DNA of 64,000 nucleotides from Plasmodiophora brassicae (Eukaryota): NCBI GenBank assembly GCA_036867785.1, contig CP145417.1, positions 558,001 to 622,000 of the forward strand, read 5' to 3'. Shown piece by piece: positions 62,537 to 64,000 of this stretch (position 1 is its first letter; each line of letters starts with the position of its first letter). The notes under the pieces were generated by a model. It saw only the letters and a program-made list of their open reading frames with translations, ran no database searches and was not told where the DNA came from. The position numbers and the translations under genes were made by a program.

Positions 62537-64000
62537 TCATTGCAGCGGTGGCGCATGGGGCACCTGGCCGATGTCGGCGACGCGGTACTTTCTGTGCCAC
62601 CAGAACTGTGGTGAATCGTGGCTGGGCCTGATCGGACTGGCCGGCGGTCGGGACGGAGTCGCAGGGCCGGTGGGCGTCTCCCGGGTGGCTCCCATGCCCG
62701 TCGACGTCAGCTTGTCTCTGTTCTTGGAGATCGTGTGCGTTTCCGACTCGCCGGAGCGTACGACGATGAGTTTGGGGATGAACAGGATGCCCAGCGTCGA
62801 CGCCAGCGTGAAGAAAGCGGCCAGCGTAGTGGCGAGCAGGGTGACAGCCGGCGGAGCATTGCTGAAGGTTATCATCGGCATTGTAAGCTGTAACAGGCGC
62901 GAATCAGAGCATGCTGGCATACGTGCTGGCGTGGCCTGACGATGGCAATCAACAGGGCGCTATAGATGCACATGCCGATCTGTTTGGAGTCGTTCAGGGC
63001 CTGGATCTCGACGGACGAGGTCTGGAACGACACCCAGGACCCCATGATGAGGATGGCGCCCTTGTAGACGACCAGCACGAAGATGAATGACGACCGGTGC
63101 CGCGAGTTGCAGAATGCTTCCTGTGGGGTAATCATACGCGACGCCGGTGCCGCCGGATCCGCGTACGATTGCCCATCCTGCAGAGCCATGGACATGGGGT
63201 CCATGATCATCCACGCCCCCAGCACCACCACATCAACCAGCAGAAGCAGGGCGAGATGACGCAACAGCATGACGTTCGTCACAATCACCGTCTTCAGGCG
63301 AAGCAGGACGAATATCTGCAAAGGACATGAATACCGCTTCAGTCGGCATCGAAAGCGTCGAACCTTATAGACCCTCCAGGTCTTGACAAACAGGCCACCA
63401 TACGCCAACGTGAACGCAATGCAGAACAGTACCATTTGGAAGTTGCACTGAAGCCCAAACGCGGGATCATCCATGGCGGGGTACGCTGTGATGGCGGGCG
63501 CCACGAACCCCAAGGCGGCCCCAAGTGCAATGATGCTGTTGAAGAGCGGAGATGACATCTGAATGTACGGCAGGGATCGATAATGGTACTGGAACGTTAG
63601 AACGCCGACGGCCAGGGCTAGCCCAACGGCCATGATTGCGATAACGGCGGCAGATATGCCGGCAGGGACCGGAAGGCGCTGGAAGACATTGGAGACTGCG
63701 ACGACCGGTGGCGCCAGGATGGACACCCCGTCGCATGTGATCTGGGCGGCCGGCGAATCGGCTGTCGTGTTGGCGAGCCGGTACGCCCCCAGGTTCATCT
63801 GCGTAATGGGCGCGTCGGAGATGGACGGGTTGAAGAGCCATCCCAGGGTCCGGGCGACGCGCTGTCCATCGGGGCACCCAGCGCCGGACGCCCCTGACGT
63901 GTACTGCTGCCGGGCGACGACATGCATCGGGAATCGTAGCTGGTAACAAGTAGGCGATGCGGATCCATGCAACGTACAGTTGGTCAGCGACGAGCTCGAT
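62537..64000 (-). CDS. Receptor copy C, 5' part outside the window
   Basis: End of ectodomain (CYQLRFPMH..CPDG..ITCDG) and full 7TM with the same last two intron positions; PstS part not visible. Confidence 0.85.

Overview
Gene-dense eukaryotic DNA, GC-rich, with many short (~45-66 nt) GT-AG introns. The six-frame ORF track is therefore fragmentary, and I assembled the genes by hand-splicing. Flagellar genes (SSNA1, CFAP299), compact spacing and intron size suggest a flagellated protist, plausibly a plasmodiophorid (inference only). Recognisable genes: a CNBD-type cation channel (5'-partial), RsmH/METTL15, SSF1/PPAN, TPX2, a TFIIIC-subunit-6-like protein, a TBC+TLDc protein, an M1 puromycin-sensitive aminopeptidase, VPS15, a CLC exchanger, an NT-C2 coiled-coil protein, a ZGRF1-like helicase, SSNA1, long-chain acyl-CoA synthetase, FYVE, BTB and KCTD proteins, CFAP299, a serine carboxypeptidase, a secreted CAP protein, TPP II and FolB. 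Two things stand out. (1) At 55.5-64 kb there is an array of at least three paralogous receptors in which a bacterial-type PstS phosphate-binding domain with intact ligand residues, plus a degenerate second copy, is fused to a class C (GABA-B-like) 7TM domain. These are candidate phosphate-sensing GPCRs with a gene-conversion-like mosaic. (2) An apparent [D1,2] stwintron (nested spliceosomal intron) at 12239-12342 must be removed in two steps to rebuild the GAMEN motif of the aminopeptidase.
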